The notes beneath the pieces were generated by a model, which saw only the letters and a program-made list of their open reading frames with translations, was not told the DNA's origin and searched no databases. Of a DNA stretch of 64,000 nucleotides, positions 36,563 to 50,400 are shown in pieces; position 1 is the stretch's first letter; every line of letters starts with the position of its first letter. The DNA is from Takakia lepidozioides (lineage: Eukaryota; Plantae; Bryophyta): assembly GCA_030704615.1 (NCBI GenBank), contig CM060732.1:15996001-16060000 (forward strand). Reading direction: 5' to 3'. A program made the position numbers and the translations under genes.

Positions 36563-37285
36563 TGTCGCGGCCCTTTGCCTTGAGGGCAGGGGGTCGGGAC
36601 ACGAGAGGGGCTGCCCCTGTGGTGGGGGCAGTGGCAACAATAGGTACGGGGGCTAAAGCACCCTTGAGTGCCCAAGGCACTCAAGGAGGCAGAGGCGCTC
36701 ACTAGGTGGAGCCCCGCACACCGAGTTGCGGTGGGGGTGGTTCCACGAGGGGTGGTGGTAGCTTAGTGGGTCTTAGTGGGGGTGGCATAGGACTCACCAT
36801 GGGGCGGAGACCTTGTGGTGGGAGTCGTGGGGAGTCTTGGGACTCATCACGGACCAATGGGGCCGTGGTGGGTGGGCCAAGACTCACCGCGACTCATCAC
36901 CGGGAATTGAGGGTCTTCGTGGTGATTCGCCATAAAATGACTGGGTTGTTTGTGAAACCCCCGCGGACAGTCACAGAAGTATATATAGGGAGTAGTAACC
37001 CCGAGAACGGTGCAAGCCCGTTGGTGACCAAAAACTAGTGAGTAAGCGTGCGAGCCGGAAAACGACCAAGGTGTGGGGAGCTGTTCCGGACTGCCAACAA
37101 CCAAAGGGAATTTCCACTATGCCCAAATTGAGCGAGGGTCTGGTGGAGGAGTAAAGGGGACCGTTATGTCCCGGTGAGCAGCCAAAACTCCGAGTTGGCC
37201 CGGCGGCCAGTTTGGGAGTTAGGCGCGCGCATCAAAGTGAGTAACTACGACTTGAAGGGGATCTTACCGAAGTGAGGTGCGCGAC
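36563..37285 (+). mobile_element. LTR of gypsy family A (second copy)
   Basis: Starts TGTCGCGG and is colinear with 380-1113. Confidence 0.9.
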
Positions 37286-38379
37286 GTATTTTGCCACGCA
37301 GCCTAAGTTGTCCCCAAAACAACTTAGGTGGCAAGATACTTTGGCGGTGTTCGACGTGGATATCCAGTACAAACTGGGACGGAACAATGTGGTGGCCGAT
37401 GCTTTAAGTAGAAAGCAGCAGCTCATGTTGGTGTACAGGGGCGAAACGACGCTCCAAAGGAAGATCCGGAAGGCTTACCGGAAGGATGAGATGGCGAAGT
37501 CCGTGATGCGGGACTTGAGGATGGGGGTTAAATCGCAGTTCCACAATGGACTGCTCTGGTATAAGCAAAAGCGTCTCTACGTGTCGAAAGGAGGGATCAG
37601 AGATAGTCTCTTGAGGGAATGCCACGATGGCCCGCTTGCGGGCCACGGCGGAGCCAAGCGCACCGCGGCACTCTTGAAGAAAGAGTATTTCTAGCCCAAA
37701 CTGAGGGAGGAGGCCAAGGAGTATGTCAAGACATGCACCACATGCCAACAAAAGTGGAGCGAGTACAAAAAGCAAGCGGGGCTGTTACAACCCTTGCCGA
37801 TTCCAGAGGGGTCTTGGGAAAGTGTCTCGATGGATTTCATGACTGCTATGCCGCTGTCAAAAGGATTCGATGCAATCATGGTGGTGGTGGATAGGTTCAG
37901 TAAAATGAGCCATTTCATCCTCACCAAGGAGACGGCAACGGCGTAGGAGACGGGGTGACTTTGTTTCACCCACGTCTTCAAGCATCATGGACTCCTGAAG
38001 GATATTATCTCGGACCGCGATCCAAAGTTTACAAGTAAATTTTGGAGGGCACTCTGGAAGAAAATGGGGACGAGACTCAAGATGAGTACGGCCTTCCGAC
38101 CTACGACGGACGGCCAAACGGAAAGAGTGAATTCCGTGGTGAAGCAGATCTTGCGGAATTATGTGTCGGCAGACCAATCAGACTGGATAGAGCACTTGGA
38201 TGCGGCATAGTTCTGTTATAATAACACAAAACACTCCGCAACGGGAGTTTCCCCTTTCGTATTGGTCTATGGAAAAGCACCTTTGGTGCCGACAAGTTGG
38301 GCCGCCCAGGACGTTGAGGAACCGGTAGCAGCTGCGGTGCTGGAAGAACGCGAGCGTTTGTTGGAACTCGCAAAGTACA
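37286..38379 (+). pseudogene. Gypsy A RNase H tail plus integrase
   Basis: RWQ..L..FD.DI.YK.G..N.VADALSR, H..GH..C..C, SMDF, SDRD, TDGQTE. Several in-frame stops. Confidence 0.9.
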
Positions 38380-39339
38380 TGTTAGAGGACTGTCTGGAAC
38401 TTAGACACTTATACGGGATTTATAGGGTACCCTTAATTTTGCACAGACTGAGACCAACAGGAGCCTTAGGGGTGACAGCAGCGCACTGTACAGGGGGGTT
38501 ACACAGCCCGTCACAGCCGACACAGCCAACACAGCCCGTCACAGCAGTCACAGCCGGCACAGCCAACACAGCCTGTCACAGTCGTCACAGCAGACACAGC
38601 CACACAATCAGTCACAGCCCGACACAGCCAAACACAGTCGCACAGCCAGTCACAGCCCGTCACAGTTTCACACAGCCAGTCACAGCTTGACACAGCTGTC
38701 ACGACCATAGGGAACGGAGAGCAGGACAGGGAACGATTGTGGGGAACAACACCTGCAAATGAACATGTTAGTTCACGGACGACGGTTAGTGAGGGAAACG
38801 GTTAGAGCCACGGGTAGGAAGATAAAGGGAGAAGCAGGGGCTTTTTGGGGGGGGATTCTTGGAGGCACTGGTGGGAAGCAATTCTTGGTCATGCAGGAGA
38901 GGGGATCGGGCAGAGATGAAGAACGGAAGCGAAGATGGAGAGATGATGAGTAGATGCTTGTTATATGTAAAGCTGTAGTGATATTGTAGAGCAGATTAGA
39001 GACACAATGGCTTCGGCCTGACACCTAATAAATCATAATCGGATACTTATACGATACAATCACACTGTGTAGAGAGATCTGAGTGAAGCTGTGGAATGAA
39101 TGGATGAGTTGATGGAATCCAATAGATTGATAAAGCAAACTGGTACTTAATTATCAATGGTAAGGTAGCTAACATGAATGCCAAAAGGGAAACAAATAGG
39201 AAACACCCCCATGATACACTAGCTGTAGGTCATGACTGATTGTTCTGCGCGGGCTAAGTACTTAGAGATTTCCAACTCTTCTATCTTGGAGTTTCCGCCT
39301 CGAATAGCGAAGGGATGGGTGAGTAAAAGCCGCGCGACA
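38380..39339 (+). mobile_element. 5' LTR of gypsy family B with internal CACAGC tandem, followed by a PBS
   Basis: TGTTAG...GCGACA, then TTTGGCGACC (PBS-like, 39340). Inverted homolog at 51859-52711. Confidence 0.85.
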
Positions 39340-39940
39340 TTTGGCGACCATATTGGGGAACTGAGTCATGAACAACCAGATGTGACAGGCATCTGGTGGG
39401 ATCATGGTGGTTGGACCATTAAAGAATTTGAAGTGAATCAAATTCCCTGTGGAACGGAGGAAGAAAGATTGTCCAAACAATTCTTTCAAAGGTTCTTGGA
39501 ATTGCCAGACGGTGTAAAGAAAATATTCTTAAGCGAGTGCATGATGCTGATCCGGAATGGAGAAAGGAGTGATAAAGATTTATCAGGTAGCCTGTAGAGG
39601 AAGAGCACGGTGGTTACCAACATTGGTTTATGTGATAGCCTTACTATCTATTAAGCGGGTAGAGTTTGAAAGCTGGGAAAAAAGAAAGGTGAATGTTTAT
39701 ACTCATATGCATGAAGAGCTTGTACTGGTAAAGAATTGGATTCCAAAGGATATTTTGTGGATCAAACTCACACCAAGAACAGCTTTCCAGACTTGTTTGC
39801 CATATGGTTATATGGTAACGAAGACTTCAAGTATAGCCAAGGGTGCATTGAAGCTTGAAAGAAACCCAGGCATATACGAGAGATATTACAGAAGAGAGTT
39901 TTGGTTATTGCCACATTAAAAGAAATGAAAGACATGGGAC

Positions 39941-42900
39941 ATGAGTGATGAAAGAGAAGCTAGACGCCAGAGATATTCAGCAAAAAGAGAAAGCTATCTG
40001 AAAGCTAATTCTCCATATCTTTGGGAGAGAGGAATAGACATAGGGGAATCATCTGGACCTCTCACACCATTAAGATCAAAGAGTACATCACCCATACCGG
40101 AAGAACTAGAGTTGGATGCCACTCCTTCTGTTTCTTTGCAAGAAAGATTAAGGGAATTGGTACAGGAAGAAAACCAATCACGAGGTGAAAGATCCGAGGT
40201 ACATCCCTGGATAAAAGATTTGACAGAAATCTTTGATAAGAGTTGGCATGGAACACCAAAAGCAGGAACTCCAGTTTTTGAAGCAGAAGGTGAAGAAGGA
40301 GAAGAGGATGTGGCAGAGCCAACGGAGAGTTCAGACTCTCCAACACCATTACAGTTGAGTTACATGAGTGAAGAAGAAACCCAAGGGCAGAACTTGGAGG
40401 ATGAAAACAGAGAGAAGAAATTGGAAGAGGAAGAATATGAAGAAGTAGACCCAACAGCTGAGGTTGAGACTACAACCAGGACATCCCAACCCGTTGGACC
40501 TGGATCAAGTGGAGCACTTGGATCACAGGCCAACGAAGGTGTCGGCTCAGGGGGATCAGGCGGGCTGCCTGGATCTGGCTCTGGGGGGACAGGGAGTGTG
40601 GGAAGTAGTGCAACTGAAGCTGGGAATACTGCGAATATCGTGGGGCCGGAAGCAGGGAGTGCTCAAGGGCCACCACTTGGTGGAAGATCCACCACAAAAA
40701 CAACAGGTCCAGAAGGACCAGCACCAGCAAGGGTGCCAGCACCTGCCAGTGGGCAGAAGGTAGGGCCACAGATGGCGTTACAACCAACACGGGCAAAACC
40801 ACCATTTCCAATATATTCAGGAAAAGGGGATCCCGATGTACACATTAGTCAATTTGAGCACATGTGTATAGTGAACAATGAGAATGGCGATGATGCCAAG
40901 ATGAGATTGTTTCCTTGTTCACTTATCAAGAAAGCAAGTGAATGGTATGCAAGATTCCCTGGTAATCATTTCCTAACCTGGAATGGCTTGAATACAACAT
41001 TTCGAAATAGGTTCAGGACAAGTAAAACTGAAGATGAAGTGTATGGAAGTTTACAACAGTTAAAGCAAAAGAAGCATGAAACTGTTGAGGAGTATATGGA
41101 AAAGATGGAATTGATGATGAAAAAGCTGGCTGCAGTACCAGCACCCGGTTTACAGAAGACTTGGTTTGTGAGTGGACTAAGACCAGAGTTGCAAAAGAAA
41201 GTGGATATGTTACCTCATAATACAGTGGAGGAGGCATTTGAAACTGCAAACAGAATTGAGCAATTGGGAATGCTCAGGAGAGAGAAAAGGGATGATGAGG
41301 ACTCTGAGGATGAGTCAGATGAAGAAGAAGAGCTAGAACTAAAAAGGAAGAGTAAAAATAAATAAAAATTGAAGAGGGATAACTATGAAAAAAGATTGGA
41401 AGAAATCTTGAAGAAGTATGCCACAGAGGCTGCAACACATTGGAGGAAGGGTGTATGGTGTGCAAAGTGCCAAAATGAAGGCCATACCACCACAGAATGC
41501 ACATGAAGGAGAAACATTGTACTATCTGTAAAATGGATAACCATTCTACTGAGAATTGTTACTACAACAGAAGGACAGCTGCAAGAGAACCTAGGCAAGT
41601 AAGGGTGCATCAGGTGCAGCCCCAGCCAAGAAGAAACAATGATCAGGACCACTATGGTAGGTCTGGTGGTTATAACAATGGCATGGAAGGGAGAGGTAAT
41701 TCAAGAGGGAATTACCAAGGAAATTCCAGAGGCAACTATCAGGGTAATCCAAGGGGGAATTACCAGCCCGGGAATCTGGATTATAGAAATAATCCAAGAA
41801 CAGACCAAGGGCGAGGACCCAATGGTGAAGAACTATGTTACTATTGTAATCAGCCAGGACATCGCAGAGCAGCCTGTTCATTTTAGATAAGACACCAGAA
41901 TGAGATGAGAGCTCCTGTGAATGAGGGCCCAGTGGTGGTAGCTCACATGGTTATGCCATGTGTTGTACCAGAAGTAAGTACAATGATAGTAACAAGAAGT
42001 AAAGCCAAACTAATACCTCCAGTAGTAGAGGAAGAAGATGATAATGAAGGTGGCAATGATATGCCTGAAGATGAAGAGACTTGGAAAGATGAGAAGGAAC
42101 TGCACAAGGAAGTGGCAGATACTATAAGGGAAATGCAGAAGAGTACTGATATTCCTGTGGCAGATTCCTCTGATTCTGATGGAGAAGAAGAAGGGAGTGA
42201 GGAAGAAAGGAAGAAAAAAGATGCAGACATGCAAAGTAATGAAGAGACTTTGGCTGAAGTAATATGCCAGACCAAAGCAGAAATTACCATTGGACAGCTA
42301 TTAGCTGTGGCACCTTATTGTAGACACAGGCTGTATCAAGCAATCAATCGAATTGCCCAGGAGACAGGAAACACAAACTTGAACAGCAAGGTGACCAGTT
42401 ATAATGTGAAGCCGGAAGGGCGAGAAACAGTCATGGACTTTGATGATTCTATGCCAGTAATCCAATTGAGAATTGGAAGCACAGAACTAACTGATGTACT
42501 GATAGATGGAGGTTCTGGAGTAAATATCATGACAGACCAATTAAGGAAGAAGCTTGGTCTAAGTAACATGAAACCAGCCCCATTTACCGTAACAATGGCA
42601 GATCAAAGAAGTGTACAGCCATTGGGATTAATAAGAGGAGTTAAGATACAGATACAGAAGATGATCTTTATGATCACAGTAACTGTATTGAAGATAGATG
42701 AAATCATGGAGGCTTACTCCTTATTATTGGGACGTCCGTGGCTGAAACAGGCCAGGGTATTCCATGACTGGAATTCTCAGTTACTAACCGTGCATAATGG
42801 GATGCACGAGATACAAATTACCACAAAGAAATCTAGTAGATTACCCTGCTACAAGAAGACCTCGAGGAGTCAGAGAGTATGACTGGAAAGGATGACTGGA

Positions 42901-45314
42901 TGAGGAGCAGGAAGCTACCCTATTTGCTGCACACCCAGAGTGGGAGCAGGTTGCAGAGATGCAGCTGGAAAGCCTAAGTTGTTTAAGAGGTATCTGTTGT
43001 GGTGTAGTGACAGCAACACCAACTGAAGAGGAAACCAGCAGTTACCCATCACATTTCTATGAGGAAAGAGAAGGAGAAATGGAAATCCTAGAGGAACCAG
43101 CCACTGAGAGCGTAAAGGATGAAGTGGTGACTGGTTGGACAATCACAGCTGATGAGCAAGTGAGGGAAGTGAATGTGGGAACTAAAGAGGAACCGAGGAT
43201 GGTGAAAGTAGGAGCTGATTTGGAGCCGGAATTCTTCGAAGAAGCTAAAAGCTTGTTCATCAAATACAGAGATGTATTTGCTTGGAGCTATGAGGATCTA
43301 AAAGGGATACCACTTGAAGTCTGTCAGCATAAGATTGAACTGGAACCAGGGTCAGTACCAATCAAGCAGGCGAGGTACAGAATGAATCCCAACTATGCAC
43401 AGAAGGTTGGAGAAGAGATAAAGAAGTTGGCTGAGGCTAAGTTTATATATCCAATAGAGTATACAACTTGGTTGTCACCCATTGTGATAGTTCCCAAGAA
43501 GAATGGTAAACTAAGAGTTTGTGTGAACTACAAGAAGCTGAATGCTTGTACGAAGAAAATTCCTTTTTCCTTTGTCATTCACAGAAGCAGTATTAGACAC
43601 TGTGGCAGGCCATGAGATGTACTCATTCATGGATGGTTTCAGTGGTCATAATCAAGTGCAAGTGGCAGAAGAAGACCAAGGAAAAACAACTTTCATCACA
43701 GACTGGGGGGCTTATGCATACAAAGTCATGCCCTTTGGACTTTGTAATGCACCAGCGACCTTTCAGAGAGTGATAAGTGAATCTTTTCATGAGTATCTGG
43801 ATGATTTCATACAGGTATTCTTGGATGATTTCAGCGTGTACAGCTCTAAGAATGAGCACTTGCATAAATTGGAGTTATGTTTGGCCAGATGCAGGATGAG
43901 CGGTGTGGGCCTGAATCCAGAGAAGTGTACTTTCTGTGTGAACTCAGGGGTGCTTCTGGGACACATTGTGTGTAAAAAGGGACTTCTTGTGGATCCCAGG
44001 AAGACAGAGGCCATTAAAGCCTCTCCACCACCAGTGAATGTTAAGAATCTAAGGAGATTCCTTGGGCAAACCAGTTATTATAGAAGATTTGTCAAAAGGT
44101 ATGCACAAATAGCAGCACCATTGAGCAAACTACTGAAGAAAGATGCAGTGTTTGCCTAGACAACTGAATGTCAAAAGGCGTTTGAGGAACTTACACTGTC
44201 AGTAACAACTACACCTGTGCTGATTAACCCTCACTGGCATGTAGTATTTCATGTTCACTGCGATGCATCAGGAGAAGCGTTGGGAGCGGTGTTAGCCCAG
44301 AATGTTACAGGAAATATAGATTCACCTGTGTACTATGCTAGCAGGTTGATGAACAGTGCTGAAAGGAACTATAGCACAACGGAAAGAGAAGCATTGGCAA
44401 TGATCTATGCAGTGAAGAAATTCAGGCATTACCTGCTGGGCAAGAAGTTTATGTTCTATGTGGATCACCAGGCTCTGATATACCTGGTAAACAAACCTCT
44501 GATAAGCGGAAGAATAGCAAGATGGTTGATAATCTTGCACGAGTTTGAGTTCGAGGTTGTTTACAAGCCTGGGAGACTGCATCTTGTGGCGGATCACTTG
44601 TCACGGTTAACAACAGGAGAACCAGCCACAGGAATAGATGATCAATTATCAGATGCGAGTCTATTTGCAGTGGAGGTGCAGGGAAGTGCAGATGACTGGT
44701 TAGATTGGCAGTGGCCAATCAGATACTACCTTGCTCATGGTCAGTGCCCACCTAGTTATGGTAAGGAGCAGAGGAAGAGAATCGCTATCAAAGCTTTACC
44801 TTATACTATGGTAGAAAGCAGAATGTATAAGCTAGGACCTGATGGAGTACTAAAACGATGCTTGTACCACCATGAAGTAAATAAAGTCTTGGAGGAAGTT
44901 CATAAAGGAGTGGCTGGAGGTCATTTTGGAGAAGAGACTACCAGTAGGAAGATACTACTTGCAAGTTACTGGTGGCCTACTTTGTTCAAAGATGTACACG
45001 AGTATTGTCAGAGTTGTGATGAATGTCAGAGGCTAGGACCTTTGCAGAGATCTGGAAGGATGGCCTTGCATCCTACAATGCCTACGGAACCATTTCAGAA
45101 ATGGGGACTAGACTTTGTTGGACCAATTAACCCACCAGCCAAGAATACACAAAACAGGTACATAATTACAGCCACTGATTATACTACGAAGTGGGTGGAA
45201 GCTAAAGCTTTGAGGGACAACACAGCCAAGTCCACAGCAAGGTTCCCGTATGAGAACATACTTACACGATTTGGCTGTCCCTTAGAATTTATCAGTGATC
45301 AGGGAAGTCACTTC
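39941..45314 (+). pseudogene. Gypsy B gag-pol (gag with CCHC knuckles, protease, RT, RNase H, integrase N-half)
   Basis: YSGKGDPDVH, CYYCNQPGHRRAAC, LIDGGS, MPFGLCNAPATFQ, FLDD, CDAS..EREAL, HHCC, GLDF. Stops abruptly at SDQGSHF. Confidence 0.95.
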
Positions 45315-45325
45315 ACGAAGCTAAA

Positions 45326-47050
45326 CATCCGTACTTGTTGGAAGAAAATACGGCACCGCATTTCCGTTCCACCTTCCCATACCTTAGTTGTTGAACGGAA
45401 ATACGGTGCCGCATTTCAGTCCCACAGCTCCATGTATGAGATACAAAAGGGAAATGCGGCGCCGCACTTCCGTTCTGGAATGTCGAAAGGTGCGATTCGG
45501 ACGGGAATGAGGCACAACATTTCAGTTCCCGTGGTTCATGATTTTCAATGTGAACGGAAATGCAGTACCGCATTTCCGTTCCCCCTTCACATACCTTAGT
45601 TGATGAATGGAAATGTCATGCCACATTTCCGTTCGGGAAAGTATAGAGGTCTCACTTGGACAGAAATGCGGTGCCGCATTTCCGGTCTGGAAAGTTTGAA
45701 GGTCTCACATGGATGGAAATGCGGCAACACATTTCCGTAGCACAGCTCCAGGCCCCATATACAAAACGGAAATGCGGCGCCGCATTTCCGTTCTAGAATG
45801 TCGGAAGGTGCGACTCGGACGGAAATGCGGTGCCGCATTTCTGTTCCCGTTGCGCATGATTTTCAGTCAGAACGGAAATGCGGTACCGCATTTCCGTTCT
45901 GTAGAGTATTAACGTCTGACGCTGGCGGAAATGCTGTGCCACATTTTCGTTCCACAGCTCCATGCCTCACATACAAAACGGAAATGCGGTACCGCATTTC
46001 AGTTCCGATGTTTCAGGATATTTCATCAGAACGGAAATGCGGTGCCGCATTTCCGTTCTGGAATGTTGGGAGGTGCGACTCGGATGGAAATGCGCTGCCG
46101 CATTTCAGTTCCGATGGTTCACGATTTTCAGTCAGAACGGAAATGCGGTACCGCATTTCCGTTCTGGATAGTATGAATGTCTCCAGCGGTCGGAATTGCG
46201 CTGTCTCAAGCGGTCGGAATCGCACTCGCTCCATGCATCAGATACAAAATGGAAATGCGGCGCCGCATTTCCGTTCTGGAATGTCGGAAAGTGCGACTCC
46301 GACAGAAATGCGGTGCCGCATTTCTGTCCCCGTTGTTCATAATTCTCAATCAGAACGGAAATGCGGTACCGCATTTCCGTTCCACCTTCACATACCGTGC
46401 TTGTTGGATGGAAATGCGGTACCGCATTTCCGTTATGGAGAGTATGAATGTCTTTTAAGGATGGAAATGTGCTGCAGCATTTCTATCCCTCAGCTCCATG
46501 CATCAGATACAAAATGGAAATGCGGCGCCGCATTTCCGTTCTGGAATGTTGGAAAAGTGCGACTCGGACGGAAATGCGGTGCCGCATTTCTGTTCCCGCA
46601 TTTCATACCGTGTTCCATTCACATGTGCTTGTTGGATAAATGCACCGGAGAGATGAATGTCTTTTAAGGACGGATTTCTATCCCTCAGCTCCATGCATCA
46701 GATACAAAATGGAAATGCGGCGCCGCATTTCCGTTCTGGAATGTCGGAAAAGTGCGACTCGGACGGAAATGCGGTGCCGCATTTCTGTTCCCGTTGTTCA
46801 TAATTCTCAATCAGAACGGAAATGCGGTACCGCATTTCCGTTCCACCTTCACATACCGTGCTTGCTGGATGGAAATGCGTTACCGCATTTCCGTTCTGGA
46901 GAGTATAAAGGTTTCCCCCCGACGGAAACTTGGTGCCGCATTTCCGTCGCTCTGGTGCATGACCAAGAAGCAATACGGAAATGCGGCGCCGTATTTCCGT
47001 CCACCAGCAATCGAAAGAATCACTCGGGACGGGAAATCTGGAACCTCAAT
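45326..47050. repeat. Left palindrome array of MULE copy 2
   Basis: Same GGAAATGCGGnnCCGCATTTCC units and linkers as 1114-2930. Confidence 0.95.
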
Positions 47051-47411
47051 GGTTGCATTGTTCCGAAACAACATTGCGGCCAGTCTTGATGAGCACAACT
47101 TGGTTGTCTGACCGTTTTAACTAACAGTCCTGGCACTTGTCAGTGCGAACGTTCCTGTCTGCACCGAGAATACTGCTGGATCCACCCTCAGGAGAAACTG
47201 TCAAGAGATGTTATTTCGTCGCCGAATCGGCCATCATTGTCATACTTACCGGCTATGGAATCAAACCTCCCACCTTTATGCATGTAGCTTGAAACAATAT
47301 TTTCCACTTCAATGTGCGACTTCCAATCGTCGATGGACTCCGCATGGTGCCTGTGAGCCTTGGTCTGTCGCTATACTGAACCTCGCACTTGCCAACTCCG
47401 TGCGGTGTTCG

Positions 47412-50400
47412 ATGGCTCCGAATTCCTACGCTATAGTTTGTTGTCCTCCGCAACTTGGGAGAGCCTGGATCCCAAACGAGGGAGGACTTTGCAGAGTGAC
47501 TGAAACTTACCTTTGTTCCAAATTCAAGCTCAAACCGGGCACAGTTTATTTGGAAGAAGAAAGGAAGGATGTTCCTGGACAGGTTGACGAGACCATTGTC
47601 GTGCTAGGTAACGACGGAGGTTGCGGAATCGAATGGCACGTTCCCCCATTAGACACCATCCTGTACCGAGCTGTGGGAATGCCCATTCCCTTTCCGAATC
47701 AGTCGCTGCCCACACCATCCACAAAGGAGTCCGGAAACCGACAGGCGGCCACTGCCAACAGAGAGGTATGCAACGATAATCATTCCCGACCTGGACCGTC
47801 AAGACCCTCCATAGCTTCTCGTGTGGACGTATTCGACATTTCCGACGAGGAAGATGATTGCATTGAGGTACCCATGTCCTCCACACGGTCGTTCAAATCC
47901 GGCATGGACGTCTCTGTCGGTGCTACGAATGTGCCCTCGAGCATAACTCCAACCCGGTCCATTGTGCAGCTCCTACGACATCACCTCGATGGTTCTCGCT
48001 CCGAGCTGGCTGCTCTCGACTATGCCAAATTCCCAGTCAGAAAGGTAACGTTTCTGCCTCCCGAAGTCGATGGCAATGTCATCTTCGAGTTTCCACCTGT
48101 TTCTTCTTCGTCAAACAAAGCCTCCGGGATGTTAACAGACATGGATCGAAAGCATGACGGACACCCCTGGTGTGTGACGAAGACCAGTAGCACGAAAATT
48201 GCTGATGGTGTTCGTGTACGATATGTCCTCTGTGCGGGGAAGTTGAGGTGCCTCAATCCCACCTGCTTCCACTTTCTCTCCAAAGGAGGGCGGAGAAACG
48301 AGACGGATTGGACTGGCACAACGCATCATCCATTCATTGTCTCCACCAAGCTCCTGCGGGTTCTTTCAAGTGTGCACATTGCAAAGAACCACCGACGTGC
48401 ATGTCCATGTGCAGAGCCAAGCAATATTACGTAATCCATTTGCTCCCGGACTTGACTAGAGCTTGCATACACGTTGGGGTCCACTGCCACCCCCTTGGTG
48501 AGAGGCAACATGCGTGAGGCTGTGCAGGAAGCACACGACATCATAAAAGAGGAGGTGAAATTGAGCCCCGGAGCCAGACCAAAGCAGATTCAGCTGAAGG
48601 CAGCCCACAAGATTGTTCTTGGCAAAATCATGTCTGAAGATGGTTCCGACCGAGAGCCCTTGACTGAAGACGAGATGCGTGACCTCTTGGAGTCCGTCTC
48701 GCACGTTTGTAGTCCGAATGTGCAGAATCACATCGTATCTTGCAAGCAAGAGTTCGGCAGGGGGTCGGACATGTACTCAATCCTGGAGGTGAAACGAATG
48801 ATTGGATATGACTACATCCAAGGTAGCAGGTTTCCAGGGCAAGGCAGCGAATCCGATCGTTGTTACATTTTCAAAATGTCGACGTGTGGGCCTGGGAGTG
48901 GAGTCGACTTGGTCACTCGCATGACAACTGGAAACTTGTCGAATGCTTGGGTGATGTTTGATCACATCAAGCGAATTACAAACCATCAGTGGGTGACTAT
49001 GGGTGCGCATGTTTTTGACTATCACTCCAAGAGGCTCATGACGATTGCAATCTGCGAGATGAAAGGGGAGGACACACAGTCCGAGATGCATTTGTGGGAG
49101 GGCATAACGAGCAGATGGCAAGGGCGGGATTGCCAGAGCCCAATTTCAGGGGAATCATGGCAGACAACGCTCAGGCCAACTGGGCAGCGGTGCGGCGTGT
49201 GTACGGTGAGGACCCCAATGTTCCAATGGAGGGGAAAGAGAGATCCTGTGGATTCCATTGGATGCAGAGTCTATCCCACTACACTACCAAATTTGTTGCT
49301 AGCTCATTTCAGGCTGAACACCGTGTCCTTTGTACGGCGTGGAAGGATGCACCCACATTTGATGACGCGGAGGTTAAGTTTGCTATCATCGAGGCTTGGT
49401 GGAACACGTCAGGTGCAGTGGAGACAACCAATCTGGGAGCATTGCACAGCTGGTTGGGGTGGTGGCATTTTCGGTATCGACAGTTCGGACAGTACATGCG
49501 GGAGGTAGGCTACTGTCAATTTCGTTCATTTGTCTTTCTGTTACGGACATTTCGATTGGTCCCTCACCATTGTTTGTGTCCTTCTAGGAGCGGTGCTTGG
49601 ATTCCGACACGGACATGCCGAACACGAATATGGCAGAATCGGTCCACTCCTCCTGGCGAGCGTCTTCTGCCGCACATCTGGTGGACGTAGTGACGGCCAC
49701 AACGGAGGACATCGACAGAGCAATCATGCAACAAGCCACGTACTACAAGTTCCTGAGCGGCAAACAATGGGGCTTTGGGCCGGACAGGGAGGAATTGTTG
49801 GTACGAACAGCTTCGAGGTCCAAGAATCCAGTGAAATGGGCGACAGCATTGCAAGAGAAGATCAAAGGGACGCCTCTGCACCGCAGAGGTGAACACCTAG
49901 AGGGGACGTCCGGACTCGCCCTGTCAGGCGGAGGATTGAAGAGGAACCCGGGTGCGAAGAGGATTCCTGGAGATCCGACAGGAACATTCGGACAACACCT
50001 CGAGGTCCCGTCATGTTGCCGCACAATGTGTCTTCCAGCAGTGGAAGCCCAAGAAATTCCAGATCGCCGTCGCCTTCAACCGGGGATTTCGTGCAAAAAA
50101 TTCCCACCGCTCCCTTGCCCCAGATTCCGCCCGCTGTTATGCAGTATGGCCAAGCCATTGTGGAGACGACTGTGTCTGCCTCACAGTAGAGAATTGCTCG
50201 CACAAAGCCGTCGTTTCGAGGAAGGTGTTCCGCAATTCGTGTGGATACACGGCAACGTTGTTTAGAGATGATAAGGAGGAATCCAGATGCGGCTGTCCCT
50301 GCTCCTACTTTTACAGGAAGATTTGTCCATGCAAAGTTTGCGGAGGCGACAACCACCCAGTTCTGGTTCTGCAGGCACGACATTATGACTTGCGTGTATG

